55,412 bases of DNA from an uncultured Candidatus Nemicrothrix sp. (GCA_964344055.1 CAYFLT010000011.1:1-55412); one strand, 5' to 3'; shown: positions 16,602 through 26,378, counted from the stretch's first letter. Program-made: numbers and translations. The notes: generated from the letters alone by a model not told the origin.

Positions 16602-17176
16602 TGAGTCGAGCCCTTGTCATCGTCGATGTGCAGAACGACTTCTGCGAAGGCGGCTCGATGGGAGTCGACGGGGGCGGCGCGGTCGCCGGCTCGATCGCGG
16701 AGCTGGTGGGCTCCGACAAGTCGGGCGGATTCTACGAGTACGTGGTCGCCACCAAGGACTGGCACGTCGACCCGGGAGACCACTTCGCGGACCCCGAAGT
16801 CGGCCCGGACTTCGTGAACACCTGGCCAGCGCATTGCGTCGCCGACACCGAGGGGGCCGCATTTCATGTGAATCTGCAGGTGGCACTCGACGAGGTGTTC
16901 CTGAAGGGGCGCTACACCGCCAGCTACACGGGTTTCGATGGTGGCGCTGCTGCCGAGGAGAGCATCCTGCTCGGTCCGTGGCTGACGGAGCGGGGGGTGA
17001 CCGACGTCGATGTGCTCGGAATCGCCACCGATCACTGTGTGAAGGCCACCGCACTCGATGCGGTGCGGAATGGCTTCACCACCCGGGTGCTGCTCGACCA
17101 CTGCGCCGGAGTGGCGCCTGACACCACCGAGGCCGCACTCTCGGAGATGTCCGAGGCGGGCATCACCCTGGTGTGA
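16601..17176 (+). CDS. pncA: Nicotinamidase/pyrazinamidase (isochorismatase family)
   Basis: Track ORF 16514..17176 trimmed to ATG 16601, which overlaps the pncB TGA (ctgATGa). MSRALVIVDVQNDFCEGGS, plus the ATDHCV catalytic Cys context. Confidence 0.85.
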   Translation: MSRALVIVDVQNDFCEGGSMGVDGGGAVAGSIAELVGSDKSGGFYEYVVATKDWHVDPGDHFADPEVGPDFVNTWPAHCVADTEGAAFHVNLQVALDEVFLKGRYTASYTGFDGGAAAEESILLGPWLTERGVTDVDVLGIATDHCVKATALDAVRNGFTTRVLLDHCAGVAPDTTEAALSEMSEAGITLV

Positions 17177-17736
17177 CCGGCCCCATCGCCGATCCTGGCT
17201 GGGGCCCGACCCTGCGGACCCTGCCGAAGCTGTTCGTCCCCTTTGTCGGGATGCGCACCATGGCCGGCCAGTCCGACGGTCTCACTGCGCTTCGGATGCT
17301 GTGGTGTGTGTTCGCGGGCGCGCTGATCCTGGTGTGGATCCCGGTCGCGATCGCCGCTCCGGAGCTCGACGGGCAAGTGTCGGTGTTCACGGCGTTGATC
17401 GTCGTCGTCGCCATCGGGGTGTCGACCCAGCTCGCGGCGCGGATGTTGGGTGCCGGCCACGACGTCACCGATGCTTCGCGTTTCGTCGCCTCGTTCCAGC
17501 GCACCACCCTCGTTCGCGTAGCGCTGGCCGAGGCTGCGGCGATCGTCGGGTTCGTGGGGTTCCTGCTGAGCGGTTCTGCGATCATCTACGGCGTGGGGTT
17601 CGCCATCGCCGCCTACGGGCACTTCGACGCAATGCCGGCGTCGCGCCGCCTCGGCGCAGCCCAACAGCAGGTCGACGAGGCCGGTGGGGACTGGTCCGTG
17701 GTCGGGGCGCTGGTCTCGGCCAGGCTGACCCGCTAG
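17173..17736 (+). CDS. Membrane protein, unknown function
   Basis: Track ORF, 187 aa. GTG start overlaps the pncA stop (GTGA). About 4 hydrophobic segments. No family recognised. Confidence 0.55.
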   Translation: MTGPIADPGWGPTLRTLPKLFVPFVGMRTMAGQSDGLTALRMLWCVFAGALILVWIPVAIAAPELDGQVSVFTALIVVVAIGVSTQLAARMLGAGHDVTDASRFVASFQRTTLVRVALAEAAAIVGFVGFLLSGSAIIYGVGFAIAAYGHFDAMPASRRLGAAQQQVDEAGGDWSVVGALVSARLTR

Positions 17737-17765
17737 GTGTCGCTAGGCCGGCTGGTCCGCCCCGC

Positions 17766-18461
17766 TCAGCACCAGTGGAAGTCGTGGACGCCGATCCACT
17801 GGAAGTCTTCCCAGTTGCTGGTGTCGAAGTGGGTGATGATCAGCGTGTCGATCGGAGTCTGGAAGTCGACCTCGCTCTCGCTGTTCGACGAGCTCGACGG
17901 ATGCTGACCCCTGATCGTGTTGGGCGAGATCTGACGATTCGCCCAACCGGTGCTCATCGAAGTCGGGTCGATGTCGGCCCCGCTCGGGCTGAGCCGGCCG
18001 ATCACCCGAACGCTGTCTTCCCAGCTCCCGCCACCGCGGTCGACGTCGACGAGCGTGAAGCTCAGGGCGACCGGAGTGTCGAAGGTGAACGTGAAGATCA
18101 CGCCCTTGCCCTCGTGGGCATCGTCCATTCCGGTGACCACCGGGTTGTCCCGGCCGTTGATGGTGCCCGGGTAGACGCGGCCTCGCCAGTAGCCGTCCTG
18201 CACGTCTTCGGGGTCGGCATTGCTGAAGGTGATGTTCACCGAGCCGTCGTCAGAGGTGAAGCTCGACGGGAGGATGCTCCCGGACCATCGGCTGAAGTCG
18301 ACCCGGCGAGGCTTGGTCCCACACGACCCGACCGCGGCAGCTGCCCGATCGAAGGTGAAGATGGACGGCGCGACCCACAGACCGGCGCCCGCGGCGGCGC
18401 TGGTCTTGACCATGGTCCGGCGTGAAACCGGCCGTGCGGGTGGAGGCACAGATGTCTGCAC
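17766..18461 (-). CDS. Tat-exported protein, unknown function
   Basis: Track ORF, 231 aa. Twin-arginine-like signal is VSRRTMVKTSAAAGAGLWVAPS. No domain recognised. The C-terminus ends in FQWIGVHDFHWC. Confidence 0.6.
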   Translation of the reverse strand: MQTSVPPPARPVSRRTMVKTSAAAGAGLWVAPSIFTFDRAAAAVGSCGTKPRRVDFSRWSGSILPSSFTSDDGSVNITFSNADPEDVQDGYWRGRVYPGTINGRDNPVVTGMDDAHEGKGVIFTFTFDTPVALSFTLVDVDRGGGSWEDSVRVIGRLSPSGADIDPTSMSTGWANRQISPNTIRGQHPSSSSNSESEVDFQTPIDTLIITHFDTSNWEDFQWIGVHDFHWC

Positions 18462-18575
18462 GCTCTACCTCTTTCGGCGTGATCGGCCGTGGACTGAGGG
18501 GTCGACCACCACTTGTGACCGAATTGACCAGGGCCTTGCGACCCAGTCGCGGGTGGGCCGAATGGCCCATCTGCG

Positions 18576-19016
18576 TCAGCGGTCGAGATGACGGATGAGC
18601 GCGTCGAGGGCGGCTCGGTAGCTGTCCGGCCCGAAGCCGCCGATCACGCCGAGGCACACCGCGCTGAGCACCGAGCGGTGACGGAACTCCTCGCGGGCAT
18701 GCACGTTCGAGAGGTGGGTCTCCACGACTGGCAGTTCGGAGGCCGAGATCGCGTCCCGGAGGGCGATCGAATAGTGGGTGAAGGCTCCCGGATTGAAGAC
18801 GACGCCGTCGACGGTGCCCCGCGCCCGGTGGAGGGCGTCGATGAGCGCGCCCTCACTGTTCGACTGGAAGTCGCTGAGCTCCACACCCCGTTCGGCCGCC
18901 TGAGACCGCAGCCCGGCGAGGATGTCGTCGAGGGTGTCGTGGCCGTAAACCTCCGGTTCCCGGGTTCCGAGCATGTTCAGGTTCGGCCCGTTCAAGACCA
19001 GGATCCGGTGCGTCAT
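18576..19016 (-). CDS. aroQ: Type II 3-dehydroquinate dehydratase
   Basis: Track ORF, 146 aa. Contains [30 protein letters not shown] and [12 protein letters not shown]. Confidence 0.9.
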   Translation of the reverse strand: MTHRILVLNGPNLNMLGTREPEVYGHDTLDDILAGLRSQAAERGVELSDFQSNSEGALIDALHRARGTVDGVVFNPGAFTHYSIALRDAISASELPVVETHLSNVHAREEFRHRSVLSAVCLGVIGGFGPDSYRAALDALIRHLDR

Positions 19017-19052
19017 GGCTTCCCAGCCTAGGACCAGCCACCACCCCCACCC

Positions 19053-19080
19053 GTTGCATTTGGGGTCTGACCCCCAATGC
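19053..19080. repeat. Copy 2 of the GTTGCnTnTGGGGTCTGACCCC element, here part of a longer palindrome (GCATTTGGGGTC T GACCCCCAATGC)
   Basis: Lies between the DinB-like stop (19091) and the aroQ start (19016), so it could terminate the upstream minus-strand gene. Confidence 0.6.
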
Positions 19081-19090
19081 TTCTCGGCGG

Positions 19091-19549
19091 CTATTCAGCA
19101 CCGCGCACGAGGTCGACGGTGATCTCCAGGTGCCCGAGATGCTGGGCCAGCTCCTCATAGGCGTGGATCAGGGCCGCCCCGACGGTCCAGTCCGCACCGA
19201 GCGGGATCTGGGTCACGGCCTCGCCGTGGAGCTCCTCGGCCGCGCCGAGTTGGGGGGCCAGCTCCGCGATCCGCGCCTTCGCCGCGTCGCACCGGTGGAT
19301 CAGATCGGACGCTGCGCCGGTGGCGGTGAACTCCGAGGGCCGGTCCCGCTCGATCGGGTGGCCCAGCACGACGTACTCGGTCCACCACTCCGCGGCGGCG
19401 AGTGCATGGGTGACGAGGGCGTACGCCGAGTTGGCTCCCTCGACATCCGGAGATCGATTGACCTCGCGGTCGCTGAGCCCGTCCAGTGCCCGCGCCATCC
19501 CGTCGATGGTCCGCCCACAGAACAGGGCGAAGTCGTCCGCGGAGATCAT
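19091..19549 (-). CDS. DinB-family (mycothiol-dependent-enzyme-like) protein
   Basis: Track ORF, 152 aa. Four-helix DinB-like pattern with conserved His positions ([11 protein letters not shown] ... [15 protein letters not shown]). Confidence 0.6.
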   Translation of the reverse strand: MISADDFALFCGRTIDGMARALDGLSDREVNRSPDVEGANSAYALVTHALAAAEWWTEYVVLGHPIERDRPSEFTATGAASDLIHRCDAAKARIAELAPQLGAAEELHGEAVTQIPLGADWTVGAALIHAYEELAQHLGHLEITVDLVRGAE

Positions 19550-19590
19550 CGCCAGACCCTAGACCTGGATGTGTTGCCGGCTGTGCAGGT

Positions 19591-20379
19591 TCACGTGAGG
19601 GTGGCGTTTGCGACTTCGACCGCGAAGGTCTCGCACCACACGAGGACGGTCCAGGTTCCGGTGGTGAGATCGACCCCATCGGGGACGGTGTAGTTCTGGT
19701 TGCCGCGTTCGGCGGTGAGTTGGGCGACGTGGATCCCACCCGACAGTCCACGTCGGTCCTCGCCGGGGACCAACCACACCTCGAGATCCGGGCCGGAGCC
19801 GATGTCGACCTCCTCGAAGCGCAGGAGGATCGAATCGTCGGCCAGCCGGTAGACGGCGGCATCGCCGTCCCCTCGATGGCCGGTCAGGCCCTGGAAGCTC
19901 GCCCTTCGAAGTTCGACGGGCTCGGGCGGCACTGTCGTGGTGGTCGTCGTCGTGCTGGTCGTGCTCGAAGTGGTCGTGGAGGGTGCCGTCGTGGCGGTTG
20001 ACTCCGTGTCGTCCGCCGTGGTCGTCGGTGCGGCCGTGGTCGTGGAGGTCGTCGACTCCTGAGCCGGGGTGGTGACCGGCGGAAACGCTTCGTCCACTTC
20101 GGTTGCGGGACGCAGGTAGGGCCACATCAGGAAGCCGACCACCGCGACGACAGGAGCGAACGCGACGATGCCGGCGATGACCGGATCGGATACGAAACGG
20201 CGGATGACGAGCACCCATGTCCCGAGAACGGCGAAGAGGGCTACGACCCGCAACAAGGTCGCCCCGTCGCTGAAAGTGCCCGTGTAGATCTCAGGAGCGA
20301 CGATCGCGAGCAGTGCCGCGGCTGTGGCCGCGAGTACGAGCGGGATGAGTCGTCGAACGCGTTCTCGCTGCATGCCCAC
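19591..20379 (-). CDS. Membrane-anchored DM13-domain protein with Thr/Ser-rich linker
   Basis: Track ORF, 262 aa. TM segments, then a linker (STTSTTTAAPTTTADDTESTATTAPSTTTSSTTSTTTTTTT). DM13-like C-terminus: GDGDAAVYRLADDSILLRFEEVDIGSGPDLEVWLV. Confidence 0.65.
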   Translation of the reverse strand: MGMQRERVRRLIPLVLAATAAALLAIVAPEIYTGTFSDGATLLRVVALFAVLGTWVLVIRRFVSDPVIAGIVAFAPVVAVVGFLMWPYLRPATEVDEAFPPVTTPAQESTTSTTTAAPTTTADDTESTATTAPSTTTSSTTSTTTTTTTVPPEPVELRRASFQGLTGHRGDGDAAVYRLADDSILLRFEEVDIGSGPDLEVWLVPGEDRRGLSGGIHVAQLTAERGNQNYTVPDGVDLTTGTWTVLVWCETFAVEVANATLT

Positions 20380-20424
20380 CCAACGACGGCGAGGCTCGGA
20401 CAGTTCCCGTTGCCGGCTCGTCCC

Positions 20425-20766
20425 TCAGATCGCGGTGGGATGCCGCGGCTCGTAGAGGAGGATGTCGATTCCCGGGAGCCTCATCATGATCGTGATGCCG
20501 AACTCCTCCTCGAGCGGTTCACCGATGAACTCGATGCCCTTGCTGCGAAGGTCGGCGATCGTGCCTTGGATGTCGTCGCACATCATCGACACCTGATGCT
20601 CGGGTCCCTCGCTCGGGTGGATGCCCATCTCCGCCGGGGGCAGTTTGAAGATGAGCCACCCGCCACCGGCATCGACGTTGTCGAAGCCGAAGACGTCACG
20701 GAGGGTCGCCCGCAGCTCGTCGGGCTGATCGGTGTAGAGGAGGGTGTGGATTCCGGTGACTGCCAT
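20425..20766 (-). CDS. VOC/glyoxalase-family protein
   Basis: Track ORF, 113 aa, small beta-alpha-beta-beta-beta module pattern. The antisense track ORF 20410.. N-terminus is rejected. Confidence 0.7.
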   Translation of the reverse strand: MAVTGIHTLLYTDQPDELRATLRDVFGFDNVDAGGGWLIFKLPPAEMGIHPSEGPEHQVSMMCDDIQGTIADLRSKGIEFIGEPLEEEFGITIMMRLPGIDILLYEPRHPTAI

Positions 20767-20823
20767 CCCTCCACTTCAGTTTCTGAACGCCGTTCTGTCC
20801 AGCGTGATGACAAGCTGGCCTCG

Positions 20824-21603
20824 ATGGATCCGGTGGCAGAGGCGATCATGGAGGCGGAGGAGGCGGAGATCCGTCCTCGATTCCGACAGCTCGCGACAGG
20901 CGACGTCGTCACCAAGTCTCCGGGTGAGATCGTGACCGCAGCGGACAAGGCCTGTGAGGACCGTCTCACCAGTGCCCTCGAGAAGATCCGCGACATTCCG
21001 GTCGTCGGCGAGGAAGCGGCCACGGCGAGGCCGGCCATGCTCGACCTCATCGATGTCGAACCGGCGGTCTGGCTTCTCGATCCTCTCGACGGGACCTCCA
21101 ACTTCGCTGCCGGTTCGGTCGACTACGCGGTGATGGTCGCTCTGGTGGAAGCGGGGGTGACGACTGCGGCTTGGCTGTGGCACCCGGCCACCGGGGAGAT
21201 GGCCACCGCTCGCCGAGGTGAGGGCGCGGCCGTGAATGGAAGCCCGGTCGTGGCCTTGGCCCCCACCGGAGGGGCTGACGACTTCACCGGCGTTCTGAAG
21301 ACCCGATTCCTCCCTGCGGACCTCCGAGCCCGGGCCGAGTCGGCATTCGGACCGGGGCTGAAGGGCCGTGGCTGTGCGGGTGTCGAATACCCGGACCTGG
21401 TGGCCGGCCGAACCGACTTCATCATCTACTGGCGCACCCTTCCGTGGGACCACGCCCCCGGAGTGTTGTTCGCCGAAGAGGCAGGATGCCGCGCGAGCCG
21501 CTTCGACGGCTCGCCCTACCGGCCCGGCGACGACGGCGCGGGACTCCTCGTGGCCCACCGCGACATCCAGCCCGAACTCGTCGCTCGGCTCCGGCACGAC
21601 TGA
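20824..21603 (+). CDS. Inositol monophosphatase family protein
   Basis: Track ORF 20410..21603 trimmed to ATG 20824 (MDPVAEAIME). Motifs VVGEE, WLLDPLDGTSNF and WDHAPG. Confidence 0.8.
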   Translation: MDPVAEAIMEAEEAEIRPRFRQLATGDVVTKSPGEIVTAADKACEDRLTSALEKIRDIPVVGEEAATARPAMLDLIDVEPAVWLLDPLDGTSNFAAGSVDYAVMVALVEAGVTTAAWLWHPATGEMATARRGEGAAVNGSPVVALAPTGGADDFTGVLKTRFLPADLRARAESAFGPGLKGRGCAGVEYPDLVAGRTDFIIYWRTLPWDHAPGVLFAEEAGCRASRFDGSPYRPGDDGAGLLVAHRDIQPELVARLRHD

Positions 21604-22329
21604 TCAGTCGTCGTCCTCGTCTTCGTCTTCGTCTTCGTCCTCCTCGTCCTCATGCTCGTCCCCTTCGTCCAGCCCTGGGGTGGCGCGGAGGCCCGAAATC
21701 AGCTCGGCTCGTTCTGCGTCGGTGAGGTTCGCCTCCGGATGCAGCCCGAACGCGGTGTAGTAGCCCGGCGGCATCTCGCCCTCGAGGATGACTTCGACCG
21801 TCTCATCGAACTCCCCGCCGCGACGGAACTCGGAGTAGTTGACCTCGTCGCGACCCTCGTCGACATGGCTCTGGATCGCCCAGGACACGGGAGCGATCTT
21901 GGCGTACCACGGCCACTCCACCTCGTTGCTGTGGCAGCCGAAGCAGGCCCGAACCATCAGCTCGCGGGTCTCGGGAGTGGCCCATGCGGGCTCGTTCAGG
22001 ACCGGCGGATTCGAATGTGACCGACCGTACGGCACGGCCTGGATCAGCACGAGCGTGACGACTCCCACCATGGCGAACTGGCTGACGACCGGACGGAAGC
22101 TCCGTAACTCGGTGTCGCCCCGCCGCTCTCGCCACCGAAGCCCGCCGATACTCCCACCGACCACGACCGCGACGAGCACCAGCATGATCACTGGATGGAG
22201 TCCCATCGCCGCGCCGGTCGCGGCCGCGAACAGGAACACCGCCGTGCCGGCCACCACACTCCAGCGGTGGACCGAGACGACCCGCCGCAGGCGGCCGGCG
22301 AAGTTGGCGAGATCGGGGGAGTTGGTCAT
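21604..22329 (-). CDS. Membrane protein with haem-binding-type domain (CxxCH) and poly-acidic C-terminal tail
   Basis: Track ORF 21604..22380 trimmed to ATG 22329 (MTNSPDLANF, GGAG 9 nt upstream) to avoid overlap with the META gene. Contains CFGCHSNEVEWPWYAKIAPVSW. The tail is DEGDEHEDEEDEDEDEDEDDD. Confidence 0.65.
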   Translation of the reverse strand: MTNSPDLANFAGRLRRVVSVHRWSVVAGTAVFLFAAATGAAMGLHPVIMLVLVAVVVGGSIGGLRWRERRGDTELRSFRPVVSQFAMVGVVTLVLIQAVPYGRSHSNPPVLNEPAWATPETRELMVRACFGCHSNEVEWPWYAKIAPVSWAIQSHVDEGRDEVNYSEFRRGGEFDETVEVILEGEMPPGYYTAFGLHPEANLTDAERAELISGLRATPGLDEGDEHEDEEDEDEDEDEDDD

Positions 22330-22351
22330 GGCTGCTCCGGTGAGGCTGGCG

Positions 22352-23176
22352 TCATGGTCGAGCTCGGTACGAGAGGCCATCGCCGCCGGGCCCGTGGAGG
22401 GTGAGTCGATCGCCGTCGATGAGGACCTCGAGTCCGTCCTCCAAGACCGACACTACGGCGCTGTCCTGGGATTGGAACTCGGTCGGGCACACGCCGTCGG
22501 CCCCCCATGAGGGGAACTGGAGGAAGCCGCTCGTGACGAGGTATTCACCGGCGAGTGATCGGCATCCGGTGTGGCCGGTGAAGGTCCCGTCCTCGGCGAG
22601 GACGAGGGTGGCAGGCTCGGCTCCGCTGATCGTGGAGGAGGCGGCATCGCCGCTCAGGAGCGTGTCCAGCACCCACGTCGTACCGACGAGTTCGGCGGTC
22701 GGGATCGGCGCCACGATGGTGAACAGGAGTTCGACCTCGACGCCGGTGAGCCGGAGTTCGTCCCCGTCGCGATGAGCGGCGGTGGCGTTCTGGAAGGCTT
22801 CGAGGAACTGGGCTTCGACGGTGGCGATGGCGGGTTCGCATCCCATTTCCGTCCACGCCAGGTCGCCGACGCCAAAGGCGCCGTCCTCAGCTGAGAGGGT
22901 GCCTCCGTAGTGGTTGCACGCCGCCCGGCCCCCGATCTCGGAGCCTTCGATCGTCATGGTGACCGGGTGGTCGGCAAGGAGATCGATCGGTGTGTTCGCG
23001 AGAGTGCCCGAGCTGAGGATCCAGCTGCCGTCGAGGCCGTGGCCGTCGACAACGATCCCGTCGCTGCCGGAGCCGTTGTCGGTGTCGGATCCGGCGTCGA
23101 CCAATGAGGCATCGCCGCAGGCTGTGGCCAAGACCGCGAGGACGGCGAAGAGGAGGGGGAGGAGTCGCTTGTACAT
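22352..23176 (-). CDS. Lipoprotein with two META (HslJ-like) domains
   Basis: Track ORF, 274 aa. Lipobox in MYKRLLPLLFAVLAVLATACGD. Two repeats of the ...GCN/GCRS...Y pattern (GGRAACNHYGG; GHTGCRSLAGEY). Confidence 0.7.
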   Translation of the reverse strand: MYKRLLPLLFAVLAVLATACGDASLVDAGSDTDNGSGSDGIVVDGHGLDGSWILSSGTLANTPIDLLADHPVTMTIEGSEIGGRAACNHYGGTLSAEDGAFGVGDLAWTEMGCEPAIATVEAQFLEAFQNATAAHRDGDELRLTGVEVELLFTIVAPIPTAELVGTTWVLDTLLSGDAASSTISGAEPATLVLAEDGTFTGHTGCRSLAGEYLVTSGFLQFPSWGADGVCPTEFQSQDSAVVSVLEDGLEVLIDGDRLTLHGPGGDGLSYRARP

Positions 23177-23188
23177 GCCTGTCCGACG

Positions 23189-23665
23189 TCAGCCGCTGCC
23201 GTCCGGTTCCCCCGGCGGGACGGCCAGCAAGGCTTCGAACGTATCGAAGGGCTGACCTCGTTGGGCATCGACGAGAACGGCGCTGCCGTCACCGAAGACG
23301 AACTGCACGCGCTTGCCCAGTCCTTTCCGTTCGATCCCGCCGATCGCCAGTTCATCCCGGTCGAGCACGAGTACCGGTTCGCCGAACGTCATGCCGTTCG
23401 ACAGTACGACGAGGATTCGGACATTCGTGATGGCCACCACGCACGACTTTCCCGGGAACGTCGCGGCCAGTCCTCCGGTCTCCTCGTTCGTGGCGCCGGC
23501 GTGCCGTTCCATGCGCCGGCCGACGATCCGGGGGAGGACGGCGAGGGCAACCATGCCGGGACCATATGTGCCCTTGGGTTCGCACAACATCGCTGCATCG
23601 ACGGTCTCGCCTTCGGAGAGGTGATCGGCGATGCGCTTGGCGGTTCGTTTGGTGATGTCAGCCAT
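23189..23665 (-). CDS. Hypothetical protein (bacterial PH-like fold suspected)
   Basis: Track ORF, 158 aa. No confident family. Confidence 0.5.
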   Translation of the reverse strand: MADITKRTAKRIADHLSEGETVDAAMLCEPKGTYGPGMVALAVLPRIVGRRMERHAGATNEETGGLAATFPGKSCVVAITNVRILVVLSNGMTFGEPVLVLDRDELAIGGIERKGLGKRVQFVFGDGSAVLVDAQRGQPFDTFEALLAVPPGEPDGSG

Positions 23666-23734
23666 CGGTCAGCCATCGGCGTCGATGCGGGCAGATCTGA
23701 GATGATGGCCGCGGTCCAACCGCGAGGAGAGCCC

Positions 23735-24154
23735 ATGTCCAAAGGGAAGCCGATGTCGCCGGAGCTCCTGGATCTGCTGCGTCGACCGAACTTCGTCCAT
23801 CTCGCCACCCTGAGAGAGGACGGCTCGCCCAAGCTCGATCCGGTGTGGGTGGACGTCGTCGACGAACACACACTCGCCATCGGGACCGGTACCAACTCGC
23901 TCAAGGCCCAGAACATTCGGCGGGATCCGCGAGTCGCGCTGTCGGTGGTCGACATGCACAACCCGTATGAGGAGGGCCAGGTGCGAGGAACCGCGGCGGT
24001 CGAGGCCGACGCCGACCTCGAACTCATGGATCGCGTGTCGCACAAGTACATCGATGCGCCGTTCCCGATGCGTGACGAGCGGGTTGCTCTGGTGATCACG
24101 GTCACCCAGTCCCGGTACGCCGACCTGCCGTTCGAGCACACGCCACCGGCCTGA
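23735..24154 (+). CDS. Pyridoxamine 5'-phosphate oxidase-family (F420/FMN-binding split-barrel) protein
   Basis: Track ORF 23261..24154 trimmed to ATG 23735 (alternative 23702). LLRRPNFVHLATLREDGSPKLDPVWV is the typical PPOX-class N-terminus. Confidence 0.75.
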   Translation: MSKGKPMSPELLDLLRRPNFVHLATLREDGSPKLDPVWVDVVDEHTLAIGTGTNSLKAQNIRRDPRVALSVVDMHNPYEEGQVRGTAAVEADADLELMDRVSHKYIDAPFPMRDERVALVITVTQSRYADLPFEHTPPA

Positions 24155-24163
24155 GGCCTGCCT

Positions 24164-24631
24164 GTGCTCGACCGGATCATCATCGCCGTCGACAACCCGA
24201 CCCGACCCGACGTTCTCCGCCTCCTTCAGGCCCATCTCGACTTCGCCCATTCGGTGACGCCCGCCGGTCACGTTCATGCACTCGATGTCGATGGACTGCT
24301 CGATCCGGCCGTCACCTTCTTCAGCGCCCGCGCCGATCACGAACTGTTCGGTGTCGGTGCGCTTCGACAGCTCGACGAAGTCCACGTCGAAGTGAAGTCG
24401 ATGCACACCACCGCCCCGGCCCGCGGGAAGGGGATCGGCCGGGCGATGGTCGAGCACCTCCTCGCGGTGGCGCGGGAGCGGCGGGTCCTGAGGGTCAGCC
24501 TCGAGACCGGCACCTACGACGCCTTCGCGCCGGCGCGTGCGCTGTACGCATCGATCGGCTTTCGCGACTGCCCACCGTTTGCCGACTACACGGTCAATCC
24601 CCACAGCCAGTGCATGACCCTCGAACTCTGA
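24164..24631 (+). CDS. GNAT-family N-acetyltransferase
   Basis: Track ORF, 155 aa. Acetyl-CoA loop is ARGKGIGRAMVEHLL. Confidence 0.8.
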   Translation: MLDRIIIAVDNPTRPDVLRLLQAHLDFAHSVTPAGHVHALDVDGLLDPAVTFFSARADHELFGVGALRQLDEVHVEVKSMHTTAPARGKGIGRAMVEHLLAVARERRVLRVSLETGTYDAFAPARALYASIGFRDCPPFADYTVNPHSQCMTLEL

Positions 24632-24647
24632 TCGGAGGGATTGACCG

Positions 24648-25655
24648 ATGACCCTCGGCAGGCTTCACACCGATGATCTCGACGACTTCGTGGCCGAGTG
24701 CGATCGCCACGGAGGCTTCGTCCAGGCCGAGGCGGCCGGCGCCGTCCGAGAGTTCACGCTCTCCTTCTCCACCGAGGTGGACGACGAGCTGGACGGCTAC
24801 AGCGAGGAGTACTGCCGGATGCAGCTCGAGCTGTACCGCGAGATCTCCGGCCGAGACCTCGACCAGTATGCGAACGAGGTGCACGTGCCGATCGATGTCG
24901 ATGGGCATGTGGACGCGCCGAATCCGTACGCCTCGGCGAATGTCGACCTGATGGCGAAGCACGCACGAACGATCCTCACTGCCGTCGTCGTGTCGGATCT
25001 TCCTCCTGCCGCGAAGGTCCTGGACGTGGGCTGCGGATGGGGGGTGAGCACCGAGATGCTGGCCTGGACCGGGTGCGACGTGACCGCGGTCGACATCGAT
25101 CCCCAGTTCATCGAACTGGTCACGAGGAGGGCTGAGGCCCGGAACAACCTCGTCACGACGGCTCGAAGCTCCTTCGATGACTTCGACACCGAGGATCGGT
25201 TCGATCTGGTTCTCTTCTACGAATGCCTGCACCACGCCGTGCGGCCCTGGGAGATCGCGGCGAAGTTCGGTGCGTTCCTCGAACCAGGTGGGAAACTCAC
25301 GCTCGCCGGCGAGCCGATCCAGGATCGCTGGTGGAAGACGTGGGGGCTCCGGCTCGATCCGATGTCGATCTACTGCATTCGCAAATACGGTTGGTTCGAG
25401 AGCGGCTGGTCGGCTTCGTTCATCACGGACTGCTTCGAGCGAGCGGGGTTCGAGCTCACGATCCTCGAAGGACTCGGCATCCTGCACTCCCCGATCGCGG
25501 TGGCGGTTCGACACGCAGACGATGTGGCGACCCCGACCGCGCATTGGGTGGTCCCCCCGGTGCCATTGCCGGTGGAGGTTCCTCGGTCCAAGCCCCGGGC
25601 TGTCGCCGGGCGAGTGGCGAGACGGTTTCGGCGAGGTCCCGTCGACGCCGGATGA
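24648..25655 (+). CDS. Class I SAM-dependent methyltransferase
   Basis: Track ORF, 335 aa. Motif I is VLDVGCGWGVST. Post-I acidic residue in VTAVDID. Confidence 0.8.
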   Translation: MTLGRLHTDDLDDFVAECDRHGGFVQAEAAGAVREFTLSFSTEVDDELDGYSEEYCRMQLELYREISGRDLDQYANEVHVPIDVDGHVDAPNPYASANVDLMAKHARTILTAVVVSDLPPAAKVLDVGCGWGVSTEMLAWTGCDVTAVDIDPQFIELVTRRAEARNNLVTTARSSFDDFDTEDRFDLVLFYECLHHAVRPWEIAAKFGAFLEPGGKLTLAGEPIQDRWWKTWGLRLDPMSIYCIRKYGWFESGWSASFITDCFERAGFELTILEGLGILHSPIAVAVRHADDVATPTAHWVVPPVPLPVEVPRSKPRAVAGRVARRFRRGPVDAG

Positions 25656-25676
25656 GCGTGATCAGGACACTGTCCG

Positions 25677-26378
25677 TCACACGAGGTTGAAGCGAACGCC
25701 ACCGAGTTCGAGGGTCTCACCGGTTCGGCCCGGGTCCACAGCTGCGAGATCGATGGCCGCCAGGCCGTCGCCTCGCCCGTCGGTCGCCTGGGTGAACCGG
25801 ATCGTGGCGTCGTCGAGTTCGATCGTCCGCTCCGCGGTGACCGACCGGTTGAGTGCAACGGCCCAGCTGGCGGCCAGCGCGTCGGGATCGTCGCCCTGCA
25901 TTTCGGCACCGACCATGTCGCTCGCGACGGACGAGTTGGCGTGGTACGCCCAGTCGGGCCCGGCCCAGCCCCAGCTCTCGGGTGGGTTGGCCTCATCGAT
26001 GGACAAGATGGCGCCGCCGACATCGCGCGGGTGGAGGTGGATGCCGTGGATGCCCGCCCCGCCACCGTCGTGGACGATTCGGATGCCGGCTTCCTGGACA
26101 CGCTCGCGATGGTCGGCGAGATCGTCGACCTGCACGATCACCATGTAGCCGCCGTCGCCGCCCCGCCGGTCGAGAAAGCGCTCGGCGGTGGTGCCGGCAT
26201 CTTTCAGCGCCACGATCTCGAGCAACCGATCGCCGATCGTGTACAGCCCGTGGCGCAGGCCGAAGTAGCCGAGACCCGGATCCCGGTAGCAGACCTCCAG
26301 GTCGAGGGCTTCGGACACCGCGGTTTCCACCGGTCGGAGTTCTCGGGCCACGAGTACGAGCTGGCGAAGTCGCATCAT
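25677..26378 (-). CDS. VOC-superfamily, glyoxalase-like-domain protein
   Basis: Track ORF, 233 aa. Same family flavour as the partial gene at the right edge of the window. Confidence 0.6.
   Translation of the reverse strand: MMRLRQLVLVARELRPVETAVSEALDLEVCYRDPGLGYFGLRHGLYTIGDRLLEIVALKDAGTTAERFLDRRGGDGGYMVIVQVDDLADHRERVQEAGIRIVHDGGGAGIHGIHLHPRDVGGAILSIDEANPPESWGWAGPDWAYHANSSVASDMVGAEMQGDDPDALAASWAVALNRSVTAERTIELDDATIRFTQATDGRGDGLAAIDLAAVDPGRTGETLELGGVRFNLV

Noticed and set aside
21604-21665. GTC/TTC/CTC trinucleotide-rich run read as a possible microsatellite
   Set aside because: It is the coding sequence of the poly-Asp/Glu tail of the haem-binding membrane protein on the minus strand. It is not a perfect repeat, and coding low complexity explains it.
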